From Trichoplax sp. H2 (lineage: Eukaryota), in NCBI GenBank assembly GCA_003344405.1, contig NOWV01000183.1, positions 1-64,000 on the forward strand: DNA of 64,000 nucleotides, written 5' to 3'. The notes under the pieces are model-generated. The model saw only the letters and a list, made by a program, of their open reading frames with translations. It did not search any database and was not told the DNA's origin. Made by a program: the position numbers and the translations under genes. Positions 1 through 12,389 of the stretch are shown piece by piece. Within the stretch, counting starts at the first letter, position 1. Each line of letters begins with the position of its first letter.

Positions 1-127
1 AGCTGATGTCTTATACGATCTACGTATGTGGTCTGTTCCAAGTCCGTGGTCAAGAGTATTTACAGTAGAGTACCATAAAGCATATACCGTTATTTTTAGT
101 GACTTATTTGACTTTTGAGGGTTGTGT

Positions 128-861
128 GTCAAATTGATTCTGTGCAGCCAGTATATAGGTGTCATGGACTACTTCCTGACAAGTTTACTAGTCTAACGTA
201 AGGCACTTTGAGTTTCTTCTACAGATTACTACCCTCATCTTCCGAAAGATCTAGTAAGAATATGAAGCAACCGTCTCTCTCATCTACAGACAGCATACTG
301 TAAAGACATACGTTAAATTGGTTCTGTGCAGCCAATATATAGGTGCCATGGACTACTTCCTGACAAATTTACTAGTCTAAGGTAAAGCACTTTGAGTTTC
401 CTCTACAGATTACTACCCTCAACTTCCGAAAGATCTAGTAAGAATATGAAGCAACCGTCTCTCTCATCTACAAACCGCATACTGCAAAGACATACGTCAA
501 ATTGATTCTGTGCAGCCAATATATAGGTGTCATGGACTACTTCCTGACAAGTTTACTAGTCTAAGGTAAAGCACTTTGAGTTTCTTCTACAGATTACTAC
601 CCTCAACTTCCGAAAGATTTAGTAAGAATATGAAGCAACCGTCTCTCTCATCTACAGATAGCATACTGCAAAGACATACGTCAAATTGATTCTGTGCAGC
701 CAATATATAGGTGTCATGGACTACTTCCTGACAAATTTACTAGTCTAAGGTAAAGCACTTTGAGTTTCTTCTACAGATTACTACCCTCAACTTCCGAAAG
801 ATTTAGTAAGAATATGAAGCAACCGTCTCTCTCGCCTACAGACAGCATGCTGGAAAGACAT
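128..861. repeat. Tandem array, 4 units of 184 bp
   Basis: Near-identical units start at 128, 312, 496 and 680 (gtcaaattgattctgtgcagcca...gcatactgcaaagacatac) and differ by a few substitutions. Confidence 0.97.
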
Positions 862-863
862 TT

Positions 864-1160
864 TGTACAGTGCAGTACGTACTGTACACAGTGTACAGTA
901 CAAAACCCGCATTTTTTTCTTAGTACTGTAACAATCGGCGTACTTGAATTAATATTTACTTAGAAATTCGACATTGTACGCAAATTATAACAACGGATTC
1001 GCGTTATTGGATTTATGCTCTATGGTTTGACGTACAATTGGTTAAAGTTCTGTACATTTTTTAAATTTTACTTTGATTTAAATACATAAAAATTTCTCAG
1101 ACACTTTGTACTGTACTGACAGTGTACAGTGTACAGTACTGTACAGTACAGCACAGTAAA
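864..1160. repeat. Two low-complexity self-complementary TACAG/CTGTA/GTAC clusters upstream of ALG10
   Basis: 864-902 tgtacagtgcagtacgtactgtacacagtgtacagtac and 1107-1157 tgtactgtactgacagtgtacagtgtacagtactgtacagtacagcacagta. Confidence 0.6.
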
Positions 1161-1388
1161 GCTATGCCTCACTCTCTACAGTACATTACTATCAACTGAC
1201 TCAAGCCATTTATCACAGTTGATTTCTAACTCGGTATATGACTAAAACTCTTTCAAGAAGAACGAATCCGCTATTGCAAAAGTAATTGTAGGCTCGACAA
1301 CTTGTTCATTGATGAATGAAATTGAGCCAAATCGATATCTATTGGCTGAGATTTAGCTTAGGTGTATGTAGATTATCGTTATATAAAA

Positions 1389-3690
1389 ATGGCTTTACCA
1401 ATGGAAATTGTCATGCTTGCATGCTGTCTATTTTCCGTATCCTTTGCTGTGCTGCTAATGATGAATTCGGCTCACTCCATGTCCTATATGGACGAAATCT
1501 TTCATATACCTCAGGCACAACGTTATTGCCGGTATAACTTCCATGAATGGGATTCAATGATTACCACATTACCGGGGATGTATTTGGCTTCATTTCTAAT
1601 CGCTAGAGTAACCGTATGGATTAATTATCTAGCCATGGGTAGCATCGACTTTTGCTCTGTATTATGGCTTCGATTTCATAACCTAATATATGCAACAGGC
1701 AATTTTATCGTCATGTATAAACTGCTGGAAAAATTCCATTGCCCACTCAAGGTAGGCAGTGAAAAGAAGCGAATGATATTGCTATCCAACTATAGTACAT
1801 AGTTGGAATGGATGCATTAATTTGTTGCTACAGATGATAATTAGTTCAATGGCTTTCAACAACTTATCATTTTACTTCTACATATTGATGCAATGAGTAG
1901 AGTCTAGTACACAAATACATGATATCGTTTGTTCTCCCTATAGTTGTTATCAAAAAATTGATCTTGCGTTCTCAAATTTGCTATCATCTATTTTGCTTGC
2001 AACCAAGAATTTACGGTACTTTAACAGTGCTAGCTCATCTCCAGATTAAAACTGAGATAATGCACGGATCATTAATAACACACCGCTTTAATTAACAAAG
2101 TTTTAACCTTGGATAAATTACGGTACTCAAAAATGTCAAGTTTATCAGAGTAGAAACTACTGCTGGAAATTACTTTATCACTTTCACAGTATACTACGTA
2201 ACACGTACATATGTGATACGATTTTAACTACTACATCGCTACGAATACAGAATATTGTTGACTTACAGATCATAATAATTACTGTACTGTAATGACAAAA
2301 ATTATGCATCATTAAATCAATGGAGTATACTGCACGTACATACAGGTAAGATACCCTTTCGCTAAGCAACATACAGTACTGTAGACTGCCTTTAATCTTT
2401 CAAAGTACTGTATAGTAGGTAAGTTACAGTACTTGGTGCATGCCGATGGTTCATATCGTCATCAAGCCGCAATTATTTCCCTTCTTAATATGCGCCTACG
2501 TACAACTATCACATAGCCTAATAGAGATATGTACTACTGCAGTGATGATCACATTTAACAATATTATGCAGGAAAGTTCGCGCTAATTGTCTTGCTTACG
2601 GATTGACTTATTTTAGAATCCCAAAGATAGAAGAAATGCCCAACTAGAAGCTGAAAGAGATATGATACGAATAAACTCTGGCGTAACTGCATTTATTATA
2701 TCTGGCTTTCCTCTGCTCTATTTTTTCACCTTTTTATACTATACCGATCAAGGATCTACGTTTTTTACCTTACTGTGTTACCTGTTCTCATTGAATATGT
2801 ACCATAAGACTGCTGCCTTTATTGGTATCATTGCAATTCTCTTTCGTCAAACCAATGTTATTTGGGTAATGTTTGCCGCCGGTGTTTCTATAGCTCAAAT
2901 CTATGATGCATCATTCAAAGTATCAGCAGTGCAAGAAAAGTTAGCACTGTCTAAAGACTACCGCACCTACTATGATGTATTCATTTTAATCACTAAAAGG
3001 CAATTTCGCAAGATTATCTCCATTTCTTGGCCTTATATAATAGTGATTTTGGCGTTTATTATTTTTGTCATAGTCAATGGAGGTATAGTTGTTGGCGATA
3101 GAAATAACCATCAACCGGCCCTGCATATACCCCAGTTGTGGTATTTCCTGTCCTTTAGTCTATTTTTCGCTGCACCACATCTTTGTCGACCTTCCTATGT
3201 TGTTTCCTTCTTCAATGATGCTTTGGAGTATTGGTATCTTACACTTAGCGGAGTTGTCGTCATGGCATTTTCTGTTTACAAGTTCACTTTTGTGCATACG
3301 TATTTACTAGCTGATAATCGGCATTATACATTTTATGTTTGGAGAAGATTGTATAATGCACATCCATCTATTCCATATCTAATTATACCCATGCATTTGT
3401 ATACTATTTATATTGTCTATAAAACACTTGCGGAAAAACGATCCAATCTCTGGATAGCTATCTTTACTGTTGCTGTAACTTTGGTAACAATCCCTCAACG
3501 TTTACTTGAATTTAGATACTTTATTCTTCCTTATATAATAATGAGGTTAAATTTTCCATTAATGCCGTATCCGTTCTTGTTATTGGAGATTTTTATATAC
3601 TTTGCTATAAATTACTTGACCATTTTTAATTTTATTAGTTCACCATTTGTTTGGTTAAAAAGTGGTGAAATTCAAAGATTTATGTGGTAA
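1389..3690 (+). CDS. ALG10: Dol-P-Glc:Glc2Man9GlcNAc2-PP-Dol alpha-1,2-glucosyltransferase (DIE2/ALG10 family), 2 exons, ~478 aa
   Basis: Exon 1 1389-1751 (AAG|GTAGGC), exon 2 2617-3690 (TTTTAG|), phase 0 and in frame. Family motifs [74 protein letters not shown] and the C-terminal QRFMW. Confidence 0.95.
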
Positions 3691-5031
3691 AATATCTGTA
3701 CTTATAATTATGTTACTGTTCTGTCACGCTGGTTACAACTGCAGATTCTTCTATCTGTTTGAATGACGATGGTTATTTCTCAGCAGCGCGATTATAAACA
3801 AAATTATCTTACTTTCTGCTTATTCCTTTAAATGACAAATTTTTTATCATTGATATCTTTATATTTTTATAAGTATTCGTGCAAATTTTTATTGATAACA
3901 ACAGTTAAGGCACTATTTATATATTTAAAATGGTAATAAAATAACTTGCCATGAAATCGTAGTGTCATAGAAAGTTAACATAGGAAATATGTAAGAAGTA
4001 ATCATGGCGCAGTTTTATAACCTATATAAACAGAGTTTCAACATTACGATAGGTGTGCTGATAAAGCAGATAATTGAATTGACAAACTTTAAACTTGAAT
4101 TTAGGCGGTAAGACGTAGACTTAGGTCTTTTTCGATTAAAGAGATAAATTATACAGGAAGTCATGATAGCAAAATCAACTGCAACTGATAATTCACTACG
4201 TGTTAAAGCATGCCGAGTAATTACAGCCTGTATTCAAAGTATGGACTCTTCTGTTTAGTCAATGGGAGAACGAAATCTTGATTAATAAAGTAATCATTGT
4301 CATATCATTTCATTGCTCTGTCTTTAGTTGATGTTCAAAATGAATTACAGGGAAACGCCATCATATGATATTTCATGTCGATGTAATTTTCACCACAAAA
4401 GAATAGCTGAACTCATTTTTAGCAAAACTTCCTTTCTAACTGGAGAAGCCTATCTAGTTTCGGGCTGACATCCGTTCATTCGTTAAGCCTTTCTGAGCCA
4501 GCGCAAGTCGATACTCTCGTAAATGTATCGTTATGCTTGTGTACCTTCACACAATTAAAGATATCGACTTCTTCAGCTTAAATCACTAAGTATCATAAAT
4601 GCAATGAACATTCATGACGTTGGTACTACTTTACCAAGTCAGTATTTCCTAAACATTGCCTAATTCTATATTTATAACATTAGTCCTGTTACAGAAAGTA
4701 TTGGTGATTTCTTATCATTTTGATTGAAAGTTCAAATATCTATGATCTGGCTAAAATGCAATCCTAGCCATTTATCACGGTGTAAATACACCATGAATTG
4801 TGATACAGATTAAGTATTTGTGTCGTAGTAGATTTCTGCCTATATAGGTTAGTTTCAGTAAACTTTTGTAATTGACTTATAATTGCAAAAGTTACTCGTT
4901 AGTGCAACAGCACTACGTTGCCTAAATTATGAGTTTAAGAAAGTATTGTTGCTCACAGTGTTTCAGTGTTATATTAACTGGTTGTGAGCCTTTATGAAGA
5001 ATAATTCTTATGCGCTATAGCAGCAGTACTG

Positions 5032-5137
5032 TATTCTTACTAGTTCTTTCAATAGATTAGGGTAGTAATCTGTACAAGCAACTCAAAGTAAGTGCTTTAC
5101 GTTAAACTAGTAAACTTGTCAGGAAGTAGTCCGTGAC
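5032..5137 (-). repeat. Dispersed inverted partial copy (~105 bp) of the 184-bp tandem unit
   Basis: tattcttactagttctttc...agggtagtaatctgta...actagtaaacttgtcaggaagtagtccgtgac is the reverse complement of the unit core gtcatggactacttcctgacaagtttactagt...tacagattactaccct...ctagtaagaata. Confidence 0.9.
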
Positions 5138-5363
5138 AATTAGTAACTGATTTAGTAGTTCTCGCAACTGAAATAGCGTTGATCATATTAGTTAGAATAA
5201 AATAGAAGTAGGTCGATGTTACGAATTTTATCTATGTGACTGTAGTCTAGCATGGTATTCTAGGCCGAAACTAGAATAGTAGCTGACAGTGGCAACTTAG
5301 AAGAGCAAAATACTTTAGTTTATTCTTTTATCAGGAGAGTAATCCTTCACACCATTATGCATA

Positions 5364-5592
5364 ATGGCCGGTTAAAATCCGAATTAAGATCAAAACTATT
5401 AGAGTTTCGGTCTTTAGTCGGCTATGCCAGTGTTTTAAGTATATTGTTTATCATATTAATGGATTTTATTGCCCTACAGAAGTGTTTAGTAGTATGACTG
5501 GAAAGGATTAAATAAAAGTTTGTTTTCTTTCTCTTTTGCAAATAATCTTCCATAAACTATCTATACTCTTAATTCGGATTTTAGCTGGCTAG
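5364..5592. mobile_element. Putative MITE (~229 bp, ~26-bp imperfect TIRs, TA-flanked; Tc1/mariner-type)
   Basis: Left end tggccggttaaaatccgaattaaga (5365-5389) and right end tcttaattcggattttagctggcta (5567-5591) are inverted with 3 mismatches. TA at 5362-5363 and 5593-5594; no ORF inside. Confidence 0.7.
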
Positions 5593-6421
5593 TATAAATA
5601 ATACTTGCAATATATGATATATCGTTGTATATCCTGATTCAAATTCCACCAGAAATGAATTAACAGTAAGCACTACAGCCAATAATTAAATCGTTAGATT
5701 AAGTATAATAACAGTGGGTGTGACTTTACTTTAAGTAAGCGATAAATTTAAAGATAACTCGTGATTTCAATACTATAAAAGTAATGTGCAATAAGTCAGA
5801 GCTCGGCTTAAGTCAATGGATCATTAAACAACTAAGAAAATTGGCATGCAATTTAATAAGCGCTAGATCGGACGCCAGTTAAAAATAATAGGTGATTGCT
5901 AAGCAACTTAATCATAAGCCTATTGTTTTCATTTAGATAAGGGACAAAGAAAATTTCAACTTCCTGCTAGGTCCAATAGATAACTATGAAATTATTTAGA
6001 GATACTGTTGTACACTACGGGTATAGACAATAAAGGCATCAAATTGCTAAAGTTCCTATTAAGCTTGTTACGAGTCACGCTTACTACGCAGAAATAACGT
6101 AGTAACTGTTATAACTTTGGCTAATATTAAAAGTGGCACTACGCTTTCTAATCGATAAATGAACAGATGCTAATTTAGTAGACTTCAACCAACGATCATG
6201 GTGATCTAAATTTTAAAATTGGTGTCTTGATCAAGCAAAATTAGTCAATCTCATTGTTTATTGGATCATTTAATCAGTTTAATTACGTAATCAAGTGGCT
6301 CGAATATTATAAATTTGATAGCCTAATTATTTTTTTTAATTATCTTTTATTACACCCTGACGTCGATATCCTCATCCATATCTGGCGCAATAAAATAAAG
6401 TAATAGCTTGGCCAAGATAAC

Positions 6422-9400
6422 ATGAATTATTCACCACAGCATCATCCTAACCGATTTGTCAATAGCATCTCTTGTCGAAAATGTGGCAGACCTTGTTCCG
6501 GCGAAACTTTGAAAGTTGCCAATGATTTTTTTCACTCCAAGTGTTTTACATGTAAAGGTTAGTTATAGTTAAAATTCTGAGATGACGATGACAATATCGC
6601 TCCATTAAGTGCTAATTAATCGTCAAAAAAAAGTTACTACTAGTTATTTAATCGCGGTCATTTTTTATTAATAACAAAAGTATATTTTCTTAAAGAAATG
6701 AAACAATTTTCGTAAATTTGCCTCTACATGATAGATTCTAACAAAAAATGCACTTCGCATTCTACAAGATAGCATCTTATCAAAACTGCCAATAAATGCA
6801 GCTGCATATATTGAATATTTCAGAAAGTTATTTTAATTGCACCTAAATAGAAATACGTTCGATTTTAGTTAATAATTTTGATTTCAATTTTGTTGATCGT
6901 AATACTGAGTGCTAAGCAGTCACCATTTTGCTTTTCAAAAGTTTACCAGGTAAGATCCCTATTAGCTTTGTAAGCAAGCGAATGAGAGATCCTGTTAATT
7001 CGTTCGATTGCTGTGTTGCAATGATTGCAATCATCAAATTTCCAATCAATGCCATAAAACAAGACCTTTTCTAATTTATAGACTCCAGTAAACATACGAA
7101 TGACACGATTAATTTACCGTAGTAATTTCACTACTGTAATTAAAATTTTGAGACTATAAATGTAACGCAAATGGGCAGCCCATCGGAAATCACCAACTGC
7201 AGTAAAATCAAACACGATCGCTTCTAACATTGTAAACTTGTAAATAAGATACAACAAAAGTACGTTCCAAAATTGCAATCTTTTAAACATAAATATGCAC
7301 CAGTCTCATTTTCATAATTTACGAAACTTCCTTACTGTTTACGCAGAAATAATCAACAAGGGAGTAAAAATGATGAAAAATCAATGTTGAAGTTACTAAG
7401 AAAATTTTGTATGTACACCCATTATGCTATAAGAACCTCGATAGAATAGATCAGCCTGTATAGCTGTTTATATCTTCTGTCAGACGATTACGTACATATT
7501 GAAATATTCACAATTATATTAATGATTGTTGATTACTTGTAGTCCTAATCGTGGACTACAATTAACACACTACATCATTTTTTCCTTCATTTCTACAAAC
7601 TTATATGGTCAAACATACACATTAATTTTTGTTTTATTGAATTAAAGATTACATTGATAGTTTACTACCTCAGTAATTTCTAATGAAGGCAAATTCTGCA
7701 TATCTGGTAATAAGTTATTATAATGTAAGCAGCGAACTTTGAAATAATATAGTTAGCATTCAGCTTAGTCTAGTTATCTATTTATCAGAAAGAATACCGA
7801 CGTATGTTGAAAAGTAAGGTAATAAAACCCTGTCATTAAGGATATCGCTACGCTTTAGCTACATTCGAGGCGAAATACATCTACTTAATGGTAAATAGTC
7901 AAAATTTATCCGTAAAGTGCTTCCATTTTTTTTATCAAGAAGATGAATTACAATAGCAGAAGTCAAAACATTAATTTTGCTGCCCCGTAGAAGCTGCCAT
8001 GCTTGAATTCCAATAAAGGGCTTCATAAGTTTGAATATTAATCTTCGTAGAAATGTTAGAAAGAGTAATTTAACTTGGTATATCCGCTTATTAAGCAAGT
8101 GACAGTTTTCTGGTAGGAATAGAAAAAAGATAATGGACATAAAGCAGGTCACAGTTCTGCAGTGTTAGTGGTCATCTTGACATGAAGAATTTATTTGTCG
8201 GTTAATGCCAAGTTGGTCATTACAATAGCTGTCAAATATCATTGTCAAATATCATTGTCGCTTCTCTATACCAGTTTCGCCATTTTGATACCCCTATTTC
8301 AAGTATTATTGTCACTAATCGCTTCGTGATGGCCTGCAGCAATTTTTTCTTTACGTGTTTAGTAATGCGCTAGGATAAGAATTAGAATAAGCATTTATCA
8401 ACACAGTTTACGTCATAGGTAGTGGCTATTTGATCCAATATAGAGCAAATTAAAATCCTAGATTCAAACAAGCAATATTATTATAAAGGATACTATCTTC
8501 AATATAGCTAGCATTGTGGATTAGTTCATCAGATTGATAGAGTTAATGCTAATGCTAGAATAAAAAGTTTCCTTTTTATTTTTAATAAGATTCGGATAGA
8601 CACAGAGAAGAATATAACAATCTACATAAGCTAATGTAGGTTTTAATCGAGCTCGAGTAAATTTATTTGCCTTAGTTTATTAGCTTTGATTCATTAATTG
8701 GAAGCAAATTAGACTAGGAGTACATTTTCATATTTCACTGTTTTGTTGTCCCAAAAAAACTTGTAACAAGGGAAACCTATATCAGAAATCCAGAAAATAC
8801 TAGATTTCTACTATTTTTATATAGTCTACAACAGACTACCAGCGACTACACCGAACCTAGGTTAAACTACTTTTTATCAAATACGTCGCGACTACTAAGG
8901 CCAACACAGTTACATTAACTGACAGCATTCTGTTCAATCTAATAATGAATATAAGTTACAACGTCAAACTTGTTATATAAATTCGCTCGATGCACATCAG
9001 AATTAGAATTGAATAAGTTTATTTACGCTATTATACTGGAAAACTGCGCACTGCTTTATTACTGATTCAAATTATCTACCTAATTTTTTTAATATGCAAT
9101 TATCGTACCAGTAGTGCTAATCAAAGCGAAGCGCTAGATAAATCACACGATGCTTTAACACCTTAACAATTGTACTCCACAAACGTTCTTATTACAACAG
9201 AAAACTTGGTGCATTTAGTTCGCACTGAGTTACAGGTTGTAATAACCTATGAATGAGACAGAATTACTTACTTCGTATTGATGCACAGCAAATTTGTTAT
9301 ATCTATAGTAGAATTAATTTATAGTGGGTAGGAGCATCTCAATCTTTACAGTTAAAACTAACTACGGATATTTTTTATCTGCTACCTGCAGTTTGTGGTG

Positions 9401-12389
9401 TAGCCCTTGTTAATGCCGGCTATTTCAGTCAAGGCGAGGATTATTATTGTGTCTATGATTACCATCGTATTTATGGCACCAGATGCAATTTTTGTGGTGG
9501 TTTTATCGAAGGTGAAGCGATTAAATGTGCTGGAGAAGCCTTTCATAAAAGATGCTTCGATCAAAAAGCAAATCGGTAAATTGGATGCTAAGTGTGTATC
9601 ACGGTTTATCAAATGATCACATTGTTTGATATGTAATAATATTTCTACAATATGGTATCAAACTAACCTTGAATAAGCCATTTAATAGCTTGAACTACTT
9701 TTGATAGAAATATTAATCATATCTGTTGTTTCGTATCATTTCAGATCTTTACCATCTGCTACTAATGATAAATCTCCTAATAAATTGCAATCACGATCGC
9801 CATCTTCAACAAAATCAAACGAAAATATCATATATCCAAGTAAATTGAAATTAAAAATTAATGAAAGTAAAGTAAAGTTCATTATTTAAATTATGTATTG
9901 TTTATTTCGTGAAACATAATTTAGAATGCGGTGGTTGCAAACAAGAAATTCGCGGCGGTCAAGCATTAATCGCTCTAGATCAACAGTGGCATACCTGGTG
10001 TTTTACATGCAATCGATGTGGAAAGCAATTATCAGGCGAATACTTAGGAAGGTATAATTAAACTCATTATTAACGATACAATGTCATCGGGGGATTAGCT
10101 TGGTTATGCATGTGCTTGTAGATGTGCTTGTTCAGTACTGTAAAGTGCCTGTTTTTCTGTGGAAATAACCTTTAGTGTTGCTTCTGATGCTAAATCATAA
10201 CTAATTTGACTAATGCAGAGACGGCATTCCATTATGTGAAGACGATTATCTGAAATTATATGGTATTATTTGTGCTGGGTGCGGTCATTATATCGTCGGC
10301 AAATTTCTTGAGGTAGGTCTATATTTAGTAATACTGCATTATTTGAGATCACATTAATAATATCTCTGAAAGTAAGTTGAATTATTGTGATGATATATTA
10401 TTTTAAAGCATGCTTTAAATCAGATGGCTTTATTTTTATATTGTCAAAATCGTATATTTATTTAAGGTTGGAGAAAGAAATTTTCATTCTGAATGTGCTC
10501 ATTGCGTTCATTGCACTGAAACATTTCGTGAGGGACAAGAAATCTTGATCTATAAGGACGATTTATTTCACTCTTCTTGCCTAAAATCAAGTGCTTTGGT
10601 AAGGTCTTAGCGGACTTAAATCTTAGCAAGGTTATCAAGTCTCAAATAGTACTGTAAATTCAACATAAAATATCGCATTTCAACCCCATGGTACCTATGA
10701 ATCCCTAAAGTAACATATTAGATATAGTTATTAATATAGCAGATTAAAGTATTGCCCATGATGACATTGATAGCTTTAAAATTGCTAATTCAAATTATAG
10801 AGAAATTCTACGTCATCAACTTCCAGTAGCAAGAATGAAGGTAAGCAAAATAATACTTATGATGCTAATTCTGAAAGTTTTTATTTATAAGTCATTACCG
10901 CTATAATATTCTAAATAAATTTATATACGTACAAGCATCAAATAGATCCTAGTAATATATCAGTAGCGAGATAGATTTAGAGTTGAAATAGTTTTAGGAA
11001 ACAATTAGTACAAGACTTGAATAATCATACTCGCATACGTATGAATAACGATCGCAGTGAAAGCACTTTAAACTAATCTCTGAGAAAAATAAAGTAAATC
11101 TGAAGCAACCTTACTCTTTAATAATAAAAGCATAACCTCCTCTGATGGTTAAATTTATAGATGATGTTGTTAAAGGAAATAATCGTAGTCCGATGTCAAA
11201 AAATCTATTCCATGAAGAACCATCTCGGCAGAAATCACCAAGTAAAGAAAACTTAGCAACGGATTCGGCTTCAGACGCTATCGCTCCAACAGATTCAAAC
11301 CACAATGACCTATTTCGTAAACCAGCAACTCTCAATAGCTCATATTCAATCGGGCCATCTCAGCAAAACCCTGCTCAAATGCAACGTAATGCTAATATCA
11401 CTTCCCAAAGACAGCCAAGTTTAAATCAGCGAGATTTCAATCATAATAATGGCTTTACCCATGAACTACCAACAGGCTCAGGATATTCTCATAGGAAATC
11501 ATCACCTAATAATTCAATTCACCGAGATTCAACTCATCAGTATTTTAATTTTAGAGAAACAGCACAAAATAATAGCAACTCCCCAAAAATATATAACCGG
11601 CGTCCACATAATGAGGGCCATAGTAAAGCAGAAGTAAATAGTAATATTTCGCATCAAAAGCAGCCTTCTCAATGGCAGCAACAAAGCAATGATGATACCG
11701 TATATCAAAGTCCAATGCAGCAGAGCTCGTTCGGTAAAGTTTCAACTCGTAATGAGCCCATGGATGAAAACGTATTTCGCAAACACCCAACGCAGACAGA
11801 ACCTTACCAACCAAAGGCACCCGCTAGTAAAAGGATCATTCAGCAAAATTCGAATCTCCAAGAATCAGTCCCTAATAATATATCTCACCTAGAGTCTAAT
11901 CATAAAACACAAGCTTATCAGAATTCTTCTTTGACATCAGGAACCGCATATCAGGCAAATAAGAGTGCATTTCGTAAATATAGACCTGACCAATCAAAGG
12001 TAACTAGTTCTTCTAATAACTATAACTTACGATCAAACTATGAGCATGATAACGATTTGTCATACTCGAATCCAAATCGGCATATGATTAGTAAAAGTTT
12101 ACTAGATGAATCGAACAAAAACCATTATCGACAAGATAGCGAGCTAGGACATCGATATTCGGTTGCCGTAGAAGAGGATCGGGTAAATAATATGTTGGAA
12201 CACTTAGATCTACATTCTGGCCGAGGTTCACCAAGATCGAACAAGTCATCGTCGCATATATCACGTTCAAAGTCCATGACCATGCTTAAATCGCCTTACA
12301 TAAACAAGGCTAATGAGCAGCATCGTATTAGATCACAGTCGTCTGCAATGACAAAACCAAATTTCAGCTCAAACTACAATCGCCTGTAA
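6422..12389 (+). CDS. Actin-binding LIM protein (abLIM/UNC-115)-like paralog A, 8 exons, ~678 aa
   Basis: Exons 6422-6557, 9392-9575, 9745-9839, 9925-10051, 10219-10312, 10467-10598, 10801-10840, 11161-12389; all GT-AG, phases consistent (2037 nt). LIM1 CRKCGRPCSGETLKVANDFFHSKCFTCK|VCG..., LIM3 CGGCKQEIRGGQALIALDQQWHTWCFTC, LIM4 CAGCGHYIVGKFLE|VGERNFHSECAHCVHC...HSSC match abLIM LIMs, followed by a long S/N/Q-rich tail. Confidence 0.88.

Noticed and set aside
128..861. CRISPR-like array
   Set aside because: Units are contiguous 184-bp repeats with no unique spacers; eukaryotic context and no cas genes.
760..963. 67-aa ORF
   Set aside because: Non-ATG start; read-through of the tandem unit and low-complexity sequence.
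1362..1802. Standalone 146-aa ORF
   Set aside because: It is ALG10 exon 1 read into the intron; GTG start, first ATG at 1389.
9382..9616. ORFs 9382-9612 (-) and 9407-9616 (+)
   Set aside because: Shadow frames of the LIM-coding exon 9392-9575.
11111..12270. Several short ORFs overlapping the large terminal exon
   Set aside because: Alternative-frame or antisense shadows of paralog A exon 8.
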